Origin: Candidatus Kaiserbacteria bacterium | GTDB lineage: Bacteria; Patescibacteriota; Minisyncoccia; Phycocordibacterales; UBA2100 | Assembly: GCA_017134395.1 (NCBI GenBank) | Contig: CP070993.1 | Span: 526,199 to 590,198 of the forward strand | DNA: 64,000 nucleotides | Direction of reading: 5' to 3' | In this document: positions 37,495-47,761 of the stretch, in pieces | How positions within the stretch are numbered: position 1 is the first letter of the stretch | Layout: every line of letters starts with the position of its first letter | Notes under the pieces: model-generated | The model's database searches: none | What the model was told of the DNA's origin: nothing | What the model saw: the letters and a program-made list of their open reading frames with translations, nothing else | Position numbers and translations under genes: made by a program

Positions 37495-37518
37495 AACATG
37501 CTGATGCATCAGTACATT
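37495..37518. promoter_or_regulatory. Operator-like palindrome copy 3, overlapping the start of the ComEC-MBL gene
   Basis: AACATGCTGATGCATCAGTACATT; 20 bp identical to copy 2. Confidence 0.7.
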
Positions 37519-38373
37519 CGGGAATATAGGAAAAAAATTACCGTTGCACTTATCGGTGTACTTTTTGTGGGCGTAGTGAGTATTTGGTATCCGATTCTTA
37601 GCACCGAAAGCAAAAGAATTCTGACTGTTTCATTTCTTGATGTGGGGCAGGGTGATGCTATTTTTATTGAAACTCCAAGTGGGCGGCAAATTCTGGTTGA
37701 TGGAGGAAAAGATAATAGAGTATTGCATCAACTCAATGACGCTATGCCATTTTGGGATAGGTCGATTGATGTTGTTGTTGCGACACATCCTGATGCCGAC
37801 CACATAGGCGGACTAATAGAAGTACTTAAACGTTACCGTGTTGATACGTTTGTTCACTCAGGTGTGGCACACGATACAGAAGAGAATACGGCACTGGCAT
37901 CTTTGGTTGCCGAAAAAGATGTCCGCTCTGTTCTTGCAAAGAGAGGTCAAGTTTACGATTTCGGAGACGGAACTACTATTACCATATTGTTTCCTGACAG
38001 ACCGGTAAGTGCTCTTGAATCAAATGCAGCATCTATTATTGCACAGGTCACCTTTGGCAAGCATTCGTTCCTGCTTACGGGGGACTCCCCAAAAATGATA
38101 GAAGAGTACCTACTTTCTTTAGGAGGCGATCAATTGCAGAGTACTGTACTTAAAGTAGGGCACCATGGTTCCAAGACATCAAGTTCTCCTCTGTTTGTTG
38201 GGTTTGTAGCACCAGAGTATGCGGTGCTGTCCCGTGGCTGTGATAATAGGTACGGACATCCGCATGAAGAAGTTATAGCTGTATTGAATAGTTTTGAGAT
38301 TGCCACATTCGATACCTGTGATGATGGACGAGTTACGTTTACCAGTAACGGGCAGATCCTACAGATCAAGTGA
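37498..38373 (+). CDS. ComEC-type metallo-beta-lactamase-fold nuclease (stand-alone)
   Basis: FLDVGQGDA, THPDADHIGG, LLTGD, KVGHHGS, NRYGHPH; N-terminal TM. Confidence 0.93.
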   Translation: MLMHQYIREYRKKITVALIGVLFVGVVSIWYPILSTESKRILTVSFLDVGQGDAIFIETPSGRQILVDGGKDNRVLHQLNDAMPFWDRSIDVVVATHPDADHIGGLIEVLKRYRVDTFVHSGVAHDTEENTALASLVAEKDVRSVLAKRGQVYDFGDGTTITILFPDRPVSALESNAASIIAQVTFGKHSFLLTGDSPKMIEEYLLSLGGDQLQSTVLKVGHHGSKTSSSPLFVGFVAPEYAVLSRGCDNRYGHPHEEVIAVLNSFEIATFDTCDDGRVTFTSNGQILQIK

Positions 38374-38428
38374 TTTGACAAATTGTACTTTCGTGCAATA
38401 ATCTTTCTGTCTGAACAAGGAGAAGCAG

Positions 38429-38824
38429 ATGAAAGTTCTTTTTTTCGTTATCGGTATGCTTTTGAGCATCTCAACAGTGTTTGCTGAGGAGTTTGGGTGG
38501 GTAGAAACAGCCGATGATTTCTGGGTGAATGAAATCGGGTGCAGCGTTTCGCTCAATCCAATCAGTTATCGCTGGGAATTTGGCTATGAGCAAACCTTGA
38601 TTACCCGAGAAATTAACTCCGGAAGATTCCAGTATGGGGATGAAGAATCTTTTCAAGAGTTTCTTAGCCAATGCGGAACATTTGATGTCCTGCAGCAGCT
38701 CCAGGAGGATTGGAAGAAGGAAAATCAAAAGCCACCTGATTCACCGCACCAACAAAAAAGGCCGGAACGTTACGTTCCGGCCTTCTTCTTTTTCAATTTG
38801 CTTAAATCAATCCAGCGGCTTTGA
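38429..38824 (+). CDS. Secreted hypothetical protein; 3' end uncertain
   Basis: AAGGAG SD, signal peptide (VFA-EE); ORF reads through a terminator hairpin at about 38755-38793 into the rpmB end. Confidence 0.55.
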   Translation: MKVLFFVIGMLLSISTVFAEEFGWVETADDFWVNEIGCSVSLNPISYRWEFGYEQTLITREINSGRFQYGDEESFQEFLSQCGTFDVLQQLQEDWKKENQKPPDSPHQQKRPERYVPAFFFFNLLKSIQRL

Positions 38825-39044
38825 GTGTTTTGTACACACCATTTTTGTTGATAGTTTTGATTGCTTTGGTTGAGATAACCGCGGTTACCTTTTTGCCAAG
38901 TTCGGGTACGAAGAAAGTTTTCTTTTGCAGGTTAACAAATCGACGTTTCTTTCCGCCATGGTTAAATTGCGTCGCACGCGTACGGTTACTGTAGCGTCCG
39001 CCTACTTGAGATTTCTTTCCTGTCACCACACATTCCTTTGCCAT
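38802..39044 (-). CDS. rpmB: 50S ribosomal protein L28
   Basis: MAKECVVTGK...KRRFVNLQ...ISTKAIKTI. Confidence 0.92.
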   Translation of the reverse strand: MAKECVVTGKKSQVGGRYSNRTRATQFNHGGKKRRFVNLQKKTFFVPELGKKVTAVISTKAIKTINKNGVYKTLKAAGLI

Positions 39045-39087
39045 ATTGGTCGCCATGCTACCATAGGGGTACTTAATAGGCAATGAT

Positions 39088-39714
39088 ATGGGAGCAGATA
39101 TACTTTTTCTTATAGCGATTTTAATTGTGTCGGTGGTTATTCATGAGGTGTCTCATGGGTTTGTTGCTAATTGGCTTGGGGATCCAACTGCGCGATTAGA
39201 AGGGCGACTTACGCTTAACCCGGTGAGTCACATCGATCCTATGGGTTCAATAGTCCTTCCCGCGATTCTGGCACTTTCTAGTTCGCCATTTCTTTTTGGA
39301 TGGGCAAAGCCAGTACCGTATAATCCCTACAACTTACAGCGCGGAGGTAGGTGGGCTGAGGCGTTAGTTGCAGGCGCGGGTCCAGCAGCGAACGTACTCA
39401 TTGCATTACTGTTTTCAGTACTCATTAGACTAGACGTATTACCTGCTGCTGCAGCGAGTCTTGCTGTGTCAATAGTGTTTCTCAATATACTTCTTGCACT
39501 ATTTAATTTGCTCCCTATCCCACCACTTGATGGATCTAAGGTGTTTCCTCAGTTATTGCCGCCTAGTCTCGCCTTTCAATACCACCGTCTACGCATGGTT
39601 CTTGAGCAGAACCTCTTTCTTGGGTTTGGTGTGGTGATTGTGTTTATTTTGCTGTTCGGTTCGTGGTTGGCATCGCTAATCACTGTCATTACTCGATTTT
39701 TAATTGGCGCTTAG
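39088..39714 (+). CDS. Site-2 protease (M50 family)
   Basis: HEVSH, GDPTA, AGPAAN, FNLLPIPPLDG. Confidence 0.95.
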   Translation: MGADILFLIAILIVSVVIHEVSHGFVANWLGDPTARLEGRLTLNPVSHIDPMGSIVLPAILALSSSPFLFGWAKPVPYNPYNLQRGGRWAEALVAGAGPAANVLIALLFSVLIRLDVLPAAAASLAVSIVFLNILLALFNLLPIPPLDGSKVFPQLLPPSLAFQYHRLRMVLEQNLFLGFGVVIVFILLFGSWLASLITVITRFLIGA

Positions 39715-39715
39715 T

Positions 39716-40969
39716 ATGTTTGAAAAAATAAAAGGGATGTTCAATGAACCTTCGGTGCAAGAAGAAGAGCCCCTTATTGTTGTTGACGAAAATACTGGAG
39801 AAATTCCTGTGGCGAGCTCACCGACGGGGGATAGTTTGAATGCTGTGCGAGAACGTATTGCAGCGTCACAAACTGCAGAGCTGCCCCAAACAATGAATCG
39901 AACAACACCAGAAGATGACCCAGTTGCTGCAGCTATGGCGAGTATTACAAATGACAATAGAGAGGCTGAGGTAAGCGGACCGATTGTTCCAGAAATTCCA
40001 CCAAGTGAAACAACATTACCGAAGAATTTTGAGATGCATACTCCACCAGCTTCACCTCGACAACCAATACGCGTCCAGTCAGTTGAAGCAGAGCCTTTGG
40101 CAAGTGACAAGCCAAAAGAAGCTGGAGACCATGAGCACCTTGCAGCAATGGCTGGTATGCGTGAGGGGGCTGCACAAAATGTAGGTGTAGGAGCATCTCG
40201 GCTCAGTATTGATTTGGGTTCATTAGACGCACCATTGTCAATACCTACCAAAGAGACGATTGGCGCAAATGGTGCAGAACCAATAAAGGAAGAACTAACC
40301 ATTAAAAAAGCAATAAAAGAAGAGGAATCAGTTAATCAACGAGGCACTTCTGAGATTGAAGCAACATTAGCTGCTATTAGAGGGGGAGGTGTCCATGAAA
40401 AAACTCCTGCGAACGAGAACATTCCTGACCTGCCAGTTGCAGAAGTTTCTACTGAAACGATAGAAACACCAATAGCAAAGAAAAATACACAAGTAACTTC
40501 AATATCTGTGGAAGAAGTTGCCCCTGTTGAGAGTAACGATGCAAAAAAACCAGTAGCAGAGGAAGCTGAAGAAGAGGTTGTGCTGAACCATCTTGAAACA
40601 AAACAAGAAGAAACTGCAAAGGCAGAGAGTTCACCAGCTGGCGGAGAAGAAGATAACCTCACTGTAATTGAAATACCAACAGCTGAGGAGACAACAACGA
40701 TAGAATCGGGATTGCTACCACCTACAGAGCAAGAGGTAGATCGCATATTAGGGGAGGCACAAGAGGAAATTGATGATAAAAGAAAAGAGGAAATCAAAGA
40801 AGCGTTAGCACTCTATATAGCAAGCGATATTAAGCTAAGAGAGCTTTTAGATGGCGTGGTAACAGAGGATAAAAGACCATTGATTGAAATAGTAAAAGGA
40901 GCTGGCCATGCATCGGCACAAAAACAAGGACTTGCGAAGGCACTTAATCAAATGCGAAAAGCTGCTTAA
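39716..40969 (+). CDS. Acidic, largely disordered hypothetical protein
   Basis: 417-codon ORF rich in E/P/A/T. Confidence 0.65.
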   Translation: MFEKIKGMFNEPSVQEEEPLIVVDENTGEIPVASSPTGDSLNAVRERIAASQTAELPQTMNRTTPEDDPVAAAMASITNDNREAEVSGPIVPEIPPSETTLPKNFEMHTPPASPRQPIRVQSVEAEPLASDKPKEAGDHEHLAAMAGMREGAAQNVGVGASRLSIDLGSLDAPLSIPTKETIGANGAEPIKEELTIKKAIKEEESVNQRGTSEIEATLAAIRGGGVHEKTPANENIPDLPVAEVSTETIETPIAKKNTQVTSISVEEVAPVESNDAKKPVAEEAEEEVVLNHLETKQEETAKAESSPAGGEEDNLTVIEIPTAEETTTIESGLLPPTEQEVDRILGEAQEEIDDKRKEEIKEALALYIASDIKLRELLDGVVTEDKRPLIEIVKGAGHASAQKQGLAKALNQMRKAA

Positions 40970-41045
40970 ACACTAAAGAGCTGTTGCATTTAAGAGGTCA
41001 GCGTAGTATATTTTGCGCACTGCCTATTCGGGCGGCTTTCAATAT

Positions 41046-41462
41046 ATGTCAACAATTAACCAATTGGTTCGAAAGAAACGAAAAAGTGTTGCTCGAAAGA
41101 GCAAGACTGTGGCTCTTCGACGTGGGTTTAACAGTTTGAAAAATAAGCCATCTCGATACGCGTCTCCATTCAAGCGAGGAGTGTGTACTAAGGTAACAAC
41201 AAAAACTCCACGTAAGCCAAACTCAGCTATTCGTAAAATTGCTCGTGTACGTCTTACAAACGGAATGGAAGTTACTGCATACATCCCTGGTGAAGGACAC
41301 AACCTACAAGAACACTCCGTAGTAATGATTCGTGGTGGTCGTGTGAAGGATATTGGTGTACGGTACACCGTTGTTCGTGGGCGACTTGATGCCGAAGGTG
41401 TTGGAAAGCGACGAAGCGGACGATCAAAGTACGGTAATAAGAAACCGAGAGACAACGAATAA
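41046..41462 (+). CDS. rpsL: 30S ribosomal protein S12
   Basis: [25 protein letters not shown]. Confidence 0.98.
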   Translation: MSTINQLVRKKRKSVARKSKTVALRRGFNSLKNKPSRYASPFKRGVCTKVTTKTPRKPNSAIRKIARVRLTNGMEVTAYIPGEGHNLQEHSVVMIRGGRVKDIGVRYTVVRGRLDAEGVGKRRSGRSKYGNKKPRDNE

Positions 41463-41465
41463 TAT

Positions 41466-41936
41466 ATGCGACGACCACTAAAGAAAAAGCACGTTATTGT
41501 AGAGGACTCTGTATATGGGTCAGTTAAAGTAACCAAGCTCATTAACTACATTATGGAGCGAGGGAAGAAGGATACTGCACGAAAGATTGTGTACTCAGCC
41601 TTTGAAGAACTAAAAGGAAAGGACGGGAAAGAAGATCCGATAGCACTTTTTGAGACTGCTATTAAAAACGTTGCACCACTTATGGAAGTGCGCTCACGCA
41701 GGGTTGGTGGTGCAAACTACCAGGTTCCACGCGAAGTTCGTCCAGAGCGACGTCTTGCACTTGCACTTCGATGGATTGTGGAAGCAGCTCGCGCAGGAAA
41801 AGGAAACGATATGTACCAACGTCTTGCTGATGAAATCCGCAAAGCTGCTACTGAAGAAGGAGAAGCAGTGAAGAAGCGTGAAAACACACACAAGATGGCA
41901 GATGCTAACAAGGCTTTTGCTCACTTTGCTTGGTAG
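41466..41936 (+). CDS. rpsG: 30S ribosomal protein S7
   Basis: RRVGGANYQVP, ANKAFAHF. Confidence 0.98.
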   Translation: MRRPLKKKHVIVEDSVYGSVKVTKLINYIMERGKKDTARKIVYSAFEELKGKDGKEDPIALFETAIKNVAPLMEVRSRRVGGANYQVPREVRPERRLALALRWIVEAARAGKGNDMYQRLADEIRKAATEEGEAVKKRENTHKMADANKAFAHFAW

Positions 41937-42262
41937 CATCTCTCTATTCTCGGCACATTGCTTTGTCGAAAGCCCAAAAGTTTTATTTACCGTATGCTCG
42001 ATACGGCTCACAAAACTTTTGGGCTTTCTTCGTGCACTGCACTCAAGAATAGCAAGATGCACTGTATCATTTTATTTTTCACGCGCGCCTTGTATTGCAT
42101 TTCATTTGAGAAACTTTTTACTTACATCTACTAGAGGAGATCAAAATTAGAGTCCACCAAAAACAAAAACATCCAATTAATCGGATGTTTCTAAGGACTT
42201 GTCTATTTTTTTGTGATACATTGTTCGCAGTTGTATAGAATTCCAATGAAAGGAAGGGAAAT

Positions 42263-42625
42263 ATGTTCGGAAGAAAGCAGCAAAAGGTTTCCGAAGTACC
42301 CAATGTTTGGGGAGGGTATATTTCTATGTTTCGTCCTGAAATCATGGAAGTTGCTTCGCAAATGAGCAGAAAGCTTTACCCACGAATCAAACAAGGGTTT
42401 AGTATTCAAACTCGATACATCTCCTGGAATGGCAAAGTGGAGCTTTACATCGGAGATGAAGTACTTGCGCGTGTCGTTGTGGAGGGAGAATGCAGCACTC
42501 CATCTACAATGATCGTAGAGACCAATCTGTCTTCAGAATACGAGGCCTTATTTCGTGAAGCAATGAGATTTCGGGGACCGAAACTTGTATTCTGTCTGAA
42601 GAAAAGATTGGATGAGCTGTCCTGA
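42263..42625 (+). CDS. Orphan hypothetical protein inserted between rpsG and fusA
   Basis: SD AAGGAAGGG and its own terminator GAGGCGACAC-TTCG-GTGTCGCCTC. Confidence 0.6.
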   Translation: MFGRKQQKVSEVPNVWGGYISMFRPEIMEVASQMSRKLYPRIKQGFSIQTRYISWNGKVELYIGDEVLARVVVEGECSTPSTMIVETNLSSEYEALFREAMRFRGPKLVFCLKKRLDELS

Positions 42626-42764
42626 AAAGAGGCGACACTTCGGTGTCGCCTCTTCACTTTTAGTTCATTTTAAGGTACTCTTGTGCCACGCCGTTTTTGG
42701 GCGTTTTTATTTTATTGTAGATTTCTACAACGTATACAACTATTAATTATTTAACTTATAAAGT

Positions 42765-44906
42765 ATGGCTCGTAAACTTCCACTAGATAAACTCCGAAAC
42801 TTCGGAATCGTTGCTCACGTTGACGCTGGTAAAACAACAACCAGTGAGCGTGTTCTCTTTTACACAGGAATGAGCCACAAGATTGGTGAAGTGCACGATG
42901 GAGAGACGGTCACTGACTGGATGGAGCAAGAACGAGAACGTGGTATCACTATTACTGCAGCCGCTATTTCATGTGACTGGCAGCCTACCTACGACAGAGA
43001 AGACGAAAGCAAGAAGCACGCATTTAACATCATCGACACTCCAGGTCACATCGACTTCACCGCAGAAGTAAAGCGTTCTATGCGCGTGCTCGACGGAGCA
43101 GTTGTTGTGTTCGATGCTGTTGCCGGAGTTGAACCACAGTCAGAAACAAACTGGCGATATGCTGAGGAAGCAAACGTGCCACGTATTTGTTTTATTAACA
43201 AACTAGACCGAACAGGCGCTTCATTCGAACGTTCATACCAGAGTGTTCTCGACAGACTTTCAAATAAGGCAATTCGTGCACAGCTCCCTATTGGAGAAGA
43301 AGAAAACCACGAAGGGGTTGTCGACCTCCTTTCAATGAAATCATTCCGTTTCGAAGGGAACATGGGCATGGACATCATAGAAGGAGACGTGCCAGAAAAT
43401 ATGGTTGCAGATGCTGAAAAGTATCGAGGCGAATTAATCGAAAAAATTGTTGAGCAAGACGAGGAAGCGATGAACGCATACCTTGAAGGTAACGAACCAT
43501 CGTACGAAGAACTGAAAGCATTGCTCCGTAAGGCAGTTATCGCAAACGAAGTATTTCTTGTGTACTGTGGGTCAGCTTTGAAGAATAAAGGAGTACAATT
43601 GGTACTTGATGCCGTTGTCGACTACCTCCCGTCACCACTTGATCTTCCTCCAGTAACTGGAACAGACCCAAAAACAGGAGAAGAGGTAAGCCGAGCACCA
43701 AGTGATGAAGAACCGCTTGCTGCGCTGGCTTTCAAGCTACAAACAGACCCGTTCGTCGGGCAACTTACATTCTTCCGAGTGTATTCAGGAGTATTTAAAT
43801 CTGGTTCATACGTATATAACGCATCAACTGGAAGCAAGGAGCGTGTGGGACGTATTGTGCGTCTTCAGGCTGACAAGCGAGAAGAAGTTGAAGAAGTATA
43901 CACGGGAGAAATTGCAGCCGCTGTTGGTCTAAAGGACACAAAAACAAGCCATACACTCTGTGATGAGGCGAATCCTATTGTTCTTGAAGAAATGACATTC
44001 CCAGAACCTGTGGTTGCCGCAAGAATTGAACCAAAGACGAAACAAGACCAAGAGAAGATGGGTATTGCCCTTAACAAACTCTCAGATGAAGACCCGACTT
44101 TTAAAGTGTCGACTGACACAGAAACAATGGAAACAATTATTGCTGGAATGGGTGAGCTTCACCTAGAAATTCTTGTAGACCGTATGAAGCGAGAATTCAA
44201 CGTTGAAGCAGATCTTGGTAAGCCACAGGTTGCTTACCGAGAAACAATCCAGGGAACAAACGAAGCAGAAGTGAAATACATCAAGCAAACTGGTGGTCGC
44301 GGACAGTACGGACACGTTAAGTTGCGCATCAAGCCACTTGAGGCGGTTGATCCTGAAGCAAAAGTACCTAAGAACATTGACCGAGAAGACCACTTCGAAT
44401 TTGTTAACAACATTAAGGGGGGTGTTATTCCAAGCGAGTACATACCTGCTATTAAGAAGGGTATTAAAGAGGCTATGGAACGAGGAATCGTTGCAGGATA
44501 TGCAATGGTAGATATCTCGATAGATCTATTCGATGGCTCGTTCCATGATGTTGACTCATCAGAAATTGCCTTCAAAATTGCTGCATCACAAGCATTTCAA
44601 GAAGTTGCCAAAGGAGCACAGCCAGTATTGCTCGAACCTATTATGAAGGTCGAAGTCACCACACCAGAGCAGTTTATGGGAGATGTAAACGGAAATCTGA
44701 ACTCTATGCGGGGACAGGTAGAGGGTATGGATGATCGTGGTAATGCAAAAGTTATTACAGCAAAAGTGCCACTTTCTGAGATGTTTGGGTACACAACCAC
44801 ACTGCGGTCTATGACCGAAGGACGAGCGAATGCAACTATGGAGTTCTCACACTACGCTGTGGTTCCACACAACGTAGCAGAAGAAATCAAAACTGCTCGT
44901 TCGTAG
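42765..44906 (+). CDS. fusA: Elongation factor G
   Basis: [26 protein letters not shown]. Confidence 0.99.
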   Translation: MARKLPLDKLRNFGIVAHVDAGKTTTSERVLFYTGMSHKIGEVHDGETVTDWMEQERERGITITAAAISCDWQPTYDREDESKKHAFNIIDTPGHIDFTAEVKRSMRVLDGAVVVFDAVAGVEPQSETNWRYAEEANVPRICFINKLDRTGASFERSYQSVLDRLSNKAIRAQLPIGEEENHEGVVDLLSMKSFRFEGNMGMDIIEGDVPENMVADAEKYRGELIEKIVEQDEEAMNAYLEGNEPSYEELKALLRKAVIANEVFLVYCGSALKNKGVQLVLDAVVDYLPSPLDLPPVTGTDPKTGEEVSRAPSDEEPLAALAFKLQTDPFVGQLTFFRVYSGVFKSGSYVYNASTGSKERVGRIVRLQADKREEVEEVYTGEIAAAVGLKDTKTSHTLCDEANPIVLEEMTFPEPVVAARIEPKTKQDQEKMGIALNKLSDEDPTFKVSTDTETMETIIAGMGELHLEILVDRMKREFNVEADLGKPQVAYRETIQGTNEAEVKYIKQTGGRGQYGHVKLRIKPLEAVDPEAKVPKNIDREDHFEFVNNIKGGVIPSEYIPAIKKGIKEAMERGIVAGYAMVDISIDLFDGSFHDVDSSEIAFKIAASQAFQEVAKGAQPVLLEPIMKVEVTTPEQFMGDVNGNLNSMRGQVEGMDDRGNAKVITAKVPLSEMFGYTTTLRSMTEGRANATMEFSHYAVVPHNVAEEIKTARS

Positions 44907-44929
44907 AACAAATAGTATATAATCAAATT

Positions 44930-44966
44930 AAAAGGCCCAGAAAGAAAGTTTCTTTCTGGGCCTTTT
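44930..44966. terminator. Bidirectional terminator
   Basis: AAAAGGCCCAGAAAGAAA-G-TTTCTTTCTGGGCCTTTT. Confidence 0.8.
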
Positions 44967-44984
44967 GCAACGTGCTTAGCAGCC

Positions 44985-45518
44985 TTAGAGCGGGCTGCCT
45001 GGCGGTGTTGTTGTGCCACCGCTGACCGTATTGTTGATGGTTGTCGTTGGTCCGGTAACTGTTGGGTTTGCCGTCGCGGCCCCGCCAGCACCACCGGTTG
45101 CAGTGTTTGTGTTGGTGTTTGAGCCGCCAGTGCCAGTCGCCGTAGCGTTACCGCCTTCGGCCGAAGCATTGGAGTTGACGACAGTGTTATCGCTCTGACT
45201 CGATATTGCGTTACCGATGATCTTCGCTGCAACAACTGGCGTTACAATCGTACCGACGCCTTCAATGACCTGACCAACAACAGATTTACCACCGAATGAT
45301 GCCGTATAGACCGGCTTACACGGGCCTGATGTTCTGGTCCTGCAGACCCAGACGGTTGCCGTTGTCACCGTGGGCGATGCACCGCTGCCAGGTGACGTAC
45401 TGTACCTGTCGATTTGTTGCTGCCCATCCGGTGCTGGTGGGTGCCAGACCTCATGGGTGCCTGCAGAACATGCTGCAAGAAATCCCGTAAGAACAGCAAT
45501 CAAAAGAGCATTTCTCAT
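44985..45518 (-). CDS. Orphan lipoprotein with G/T/N-rich tail, inserted between fusA and tuf
   Basis: Lipobox LAA-C after a signal peptide; AAAGGG SD. Confidence 0.7.
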   Translation of the reverse strand: MRNALLIAVLTGFLAACSAGTHEVWHPPAPDGQQQIDRYSTSPGSGASPTVTTATVWVCRTRTSGPCKPVYTASFGGKSVVGQVIEGVGTIVTPVVAAKIIGNAISSQSDNTVVNSNASAEGGNATATGTGGSNTNTNTATGGAGGAATANPTVTGPTTTINNTVSGGTTTPPGSPL

Positions 45519-45882
45519 ATCTTATCCCTTTTTCTGTACAGATCGGAATTAATCTGTAGAACTCTAATTTTTACGAACTATGACCACAATGCTATATAAG
45601 CGGAGATATGTCAATAATTTGCAATTAAACTGCCCATATCGAATATCGCACATATATGTGATACTTATACGAAGTAGTGTGAGGTGGTGTTTTATAGAGC
45701 GGCTTTTCTGCTTGACTCGACACATGGTTTTGCTACCATGTGCCCACGCGTGTTGCGCGCTTTTTTATATTGCGTGCAGAGTGTGTAATTAATAATGCGA
45801 TTGCACAATGTAGGGAAGCTTCTCGCGCCTCTACATTGGGTAATCGTCGGGATATATTCCCACTAATAATAAACGTAATTTT

Positions 45883-47079
45883 ATGGCAGAAGCATTTGAC
45901 CGTTCAAAGCCTCACCTAAACGTTGGAACAATTGGTCACGTCGACCACGGAAAGACAACGCTTACCGCGGCTATTTTGAACTCACTTCATCTTTCAGGTC
46001 AGACTGTAAAGATGAAGAAAATCGATGAAATCGATAACGCTCCAGAAGAAAAGGAGCGAGGTATTACAATCGCTCTATCTCACAACGAGTACGAGACAGC
46101 AGATCGTCACTATGCGCACATTGACGCGCCTGGTCACGCCGACTACATTAAAAACATGATCACTGGTGCCGCACAGATGGACGGTGCTATTCTTGTGGTA
46201 GCCGCAACTGACGGTTTGATGCCACAGACACGTGAGCACATTCTTCTTGCAAAGCAGGTAGGTGTTCCACGAATCATTGTCTTCTTGAACAAGACAGACA
46301 TGCCTGATGTTGACGAAGAAATGATTGAACTCGTTGAAGAGGAAATCCGCGAAGACCTTACAAAGTACGGTTTTGATGGTGAGAACACACCATTCATCCG
46401 TGGTTCAGCTCTTAAGGGATCTGAAGCGACTGATGTAAACGACGAATGGGTACAAAAGATCCTTGAGCTTACAAAGTCTATGGACGAGTACTTTGAAGTA
46501 CCAAAGCGAGAGACTGACAAGCCATTCCTTATGCCTATTGAGGACGTATTCTCAATCGAAGGACGCGGTACAGTTGTTACCGGTCGTATCGAACAAGGTA
46601 AAGTGAAAATTGGTGAAGAAGTTGAAATCGTTGGTATTAAAGAGACTACAAAGACAACAATCACTGGTATTGAAATGTTTAACAAGCAACTTGAAGAGGG
46701 TCTTGCAGGAGACAACGCAGGAATCCTACTTCGTGGTACAAAGAAAGAAGATGTACACCGAGGGCAAGTTCTTGCAGCAAGCGGTTCGATTACACCCCAC
46801 ACAGAGTTTGAAGCGGAAGTATACGTACTTTCAAAGGAAGAAGGTGGACGTCACACTCCATTCTTCTCAGGGTACAAGCCGCAATTCTACATGCGAACCA
46901 CAGACGTAACTGGAGAGGTAACACTTCCAGACGGAACTGAAATGGTTATGCCAGGAGACACTGCAACCTTTAAAGTGAAGCTTGTAGGACCTATTGCTCT
47001 TGACGAACAAATGAAGTTCACTGTTCGTGAAGGTGGACGTACAGTTGGTGCTGGTGTACTAACAAAGATAGTTGCCTAA
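45883..47079 (+). CDS. tuf: Elongation factor Tu
   Basis: [27 protein letters not shown]. Confidence 0.99.
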   Translation: MAEAFDRSKPHLNVGTIGHVDHGKTTLTAAILNSLHLSGQTVKMKKIDEIDNAPEEKERGITIALSHNEYETADRHYAHIDAPGHADYIKNMITGAAQMDGAILVVAATDGLMPQTREHILLAKQVGVPRIIVFLNKTDMPDVDEEMIELVEEEIREDLTKYGFDGENTPFIRGSALKGSEATDVNDEWVQKILELTKSMDEYFEVPKRETDKPFLMPIEDVFSIEGRGTVVTGRIEQGKVKIGEEVEIVGIKETTKTTITGIEMFNKQLEEGLAGDNAGILLRGTKKEDVHRGQVLAASGSITPHTEFEAEVYVLSKEEGGRHTPFFSGYKPQFYMRTTDVTGEVTLPDGTEMVMPGDTATFKVKLVGPIALDEQMKFTVREGGRTVGAGVLTKIVA

Positions 47080-47141
47080 CAACTAACGTAGCTAAAAACT
47101 TGCAATAAACACAACTACACAGTATTGTGTGCGAACGTTCT

Positions 47142-47495
47142 ATGACAGTAACAGAGAAAAAAACAAAAAAAGCAGCAGCAAAGGGAGGCGCAGAGCGTCT
47201 TCGAATACGGGTTCGTGCATACGAACACAAGCTGCTGGATGTATCAGTGAAACAAATCATCGATACCGCATTTCGTTTTGAGGCTGAAGTTCGAGGTCCT
47301 GTGCCACTTCCTACAGAAATTAAGAAGTACACAGTAAACCGTTCAACTTTTGTCCACAAAGACGCGCGAGAACAATTCGAGATGCGCGTACATAAACGAT
47401 TGATTGAAATCCTACATCCAAATCCTAAAGTTATTGAGGCGCTTACAAACATCAGTTTGCCAGCAGGAGTCTCAATTGACGTTAAGATGGTGTAA
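47142..47495 (+). CDS. rpsJ: 30S ribosomal protein S10
   Basis: GPVPLPT, REQFEMRVHKRLI; followed by a terminator at 47520-47550. Confidence 0.98.
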   Translation: MTVTEKKTKKAAAKGGAERLRIRVRAYEHKLLDVSVKQIIDTAFRFEAEVRGPVPLPTEIKKYTVNRSTFVHKDAREQFEMRVHKRLIEILHPNPKVIEALTNISLPAGVSIDVKMV

Positions 47496-47591
47496 TAATT
47501 CTCTGCGAAAGCTACTATACAAAAAACCGCCCCCAGGGGCGGTTTTTTGTATGCAACATATTAATCCCGTAAATTTCTGTAGTTAAAGCGA

Positions 47592-47627
47592 TTAAACCAC
47601 CAAAACGCATGCGTTTTGGTGGTTTAA
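47592..47627. repeat. Perfect 36-bp palindrome (family with 55098-55137)
   Basis: TTAAACCACCAAAACGCATGCGTTTTGGTGGTTTAA. Confidence 0.75.
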
Positions 47628-47761
47628 CTTGCATCATAAAAATCTTCATGTATACTCTTTGAGTCTTAAAAGACGGCTACGTCCCCTTGAGAGTGTTCTC
47701 ATGAGGAACCAATGGCACTAAGCGAGCTGCTCAGTGTTATTGAGTAGCATTTTTTATACCC

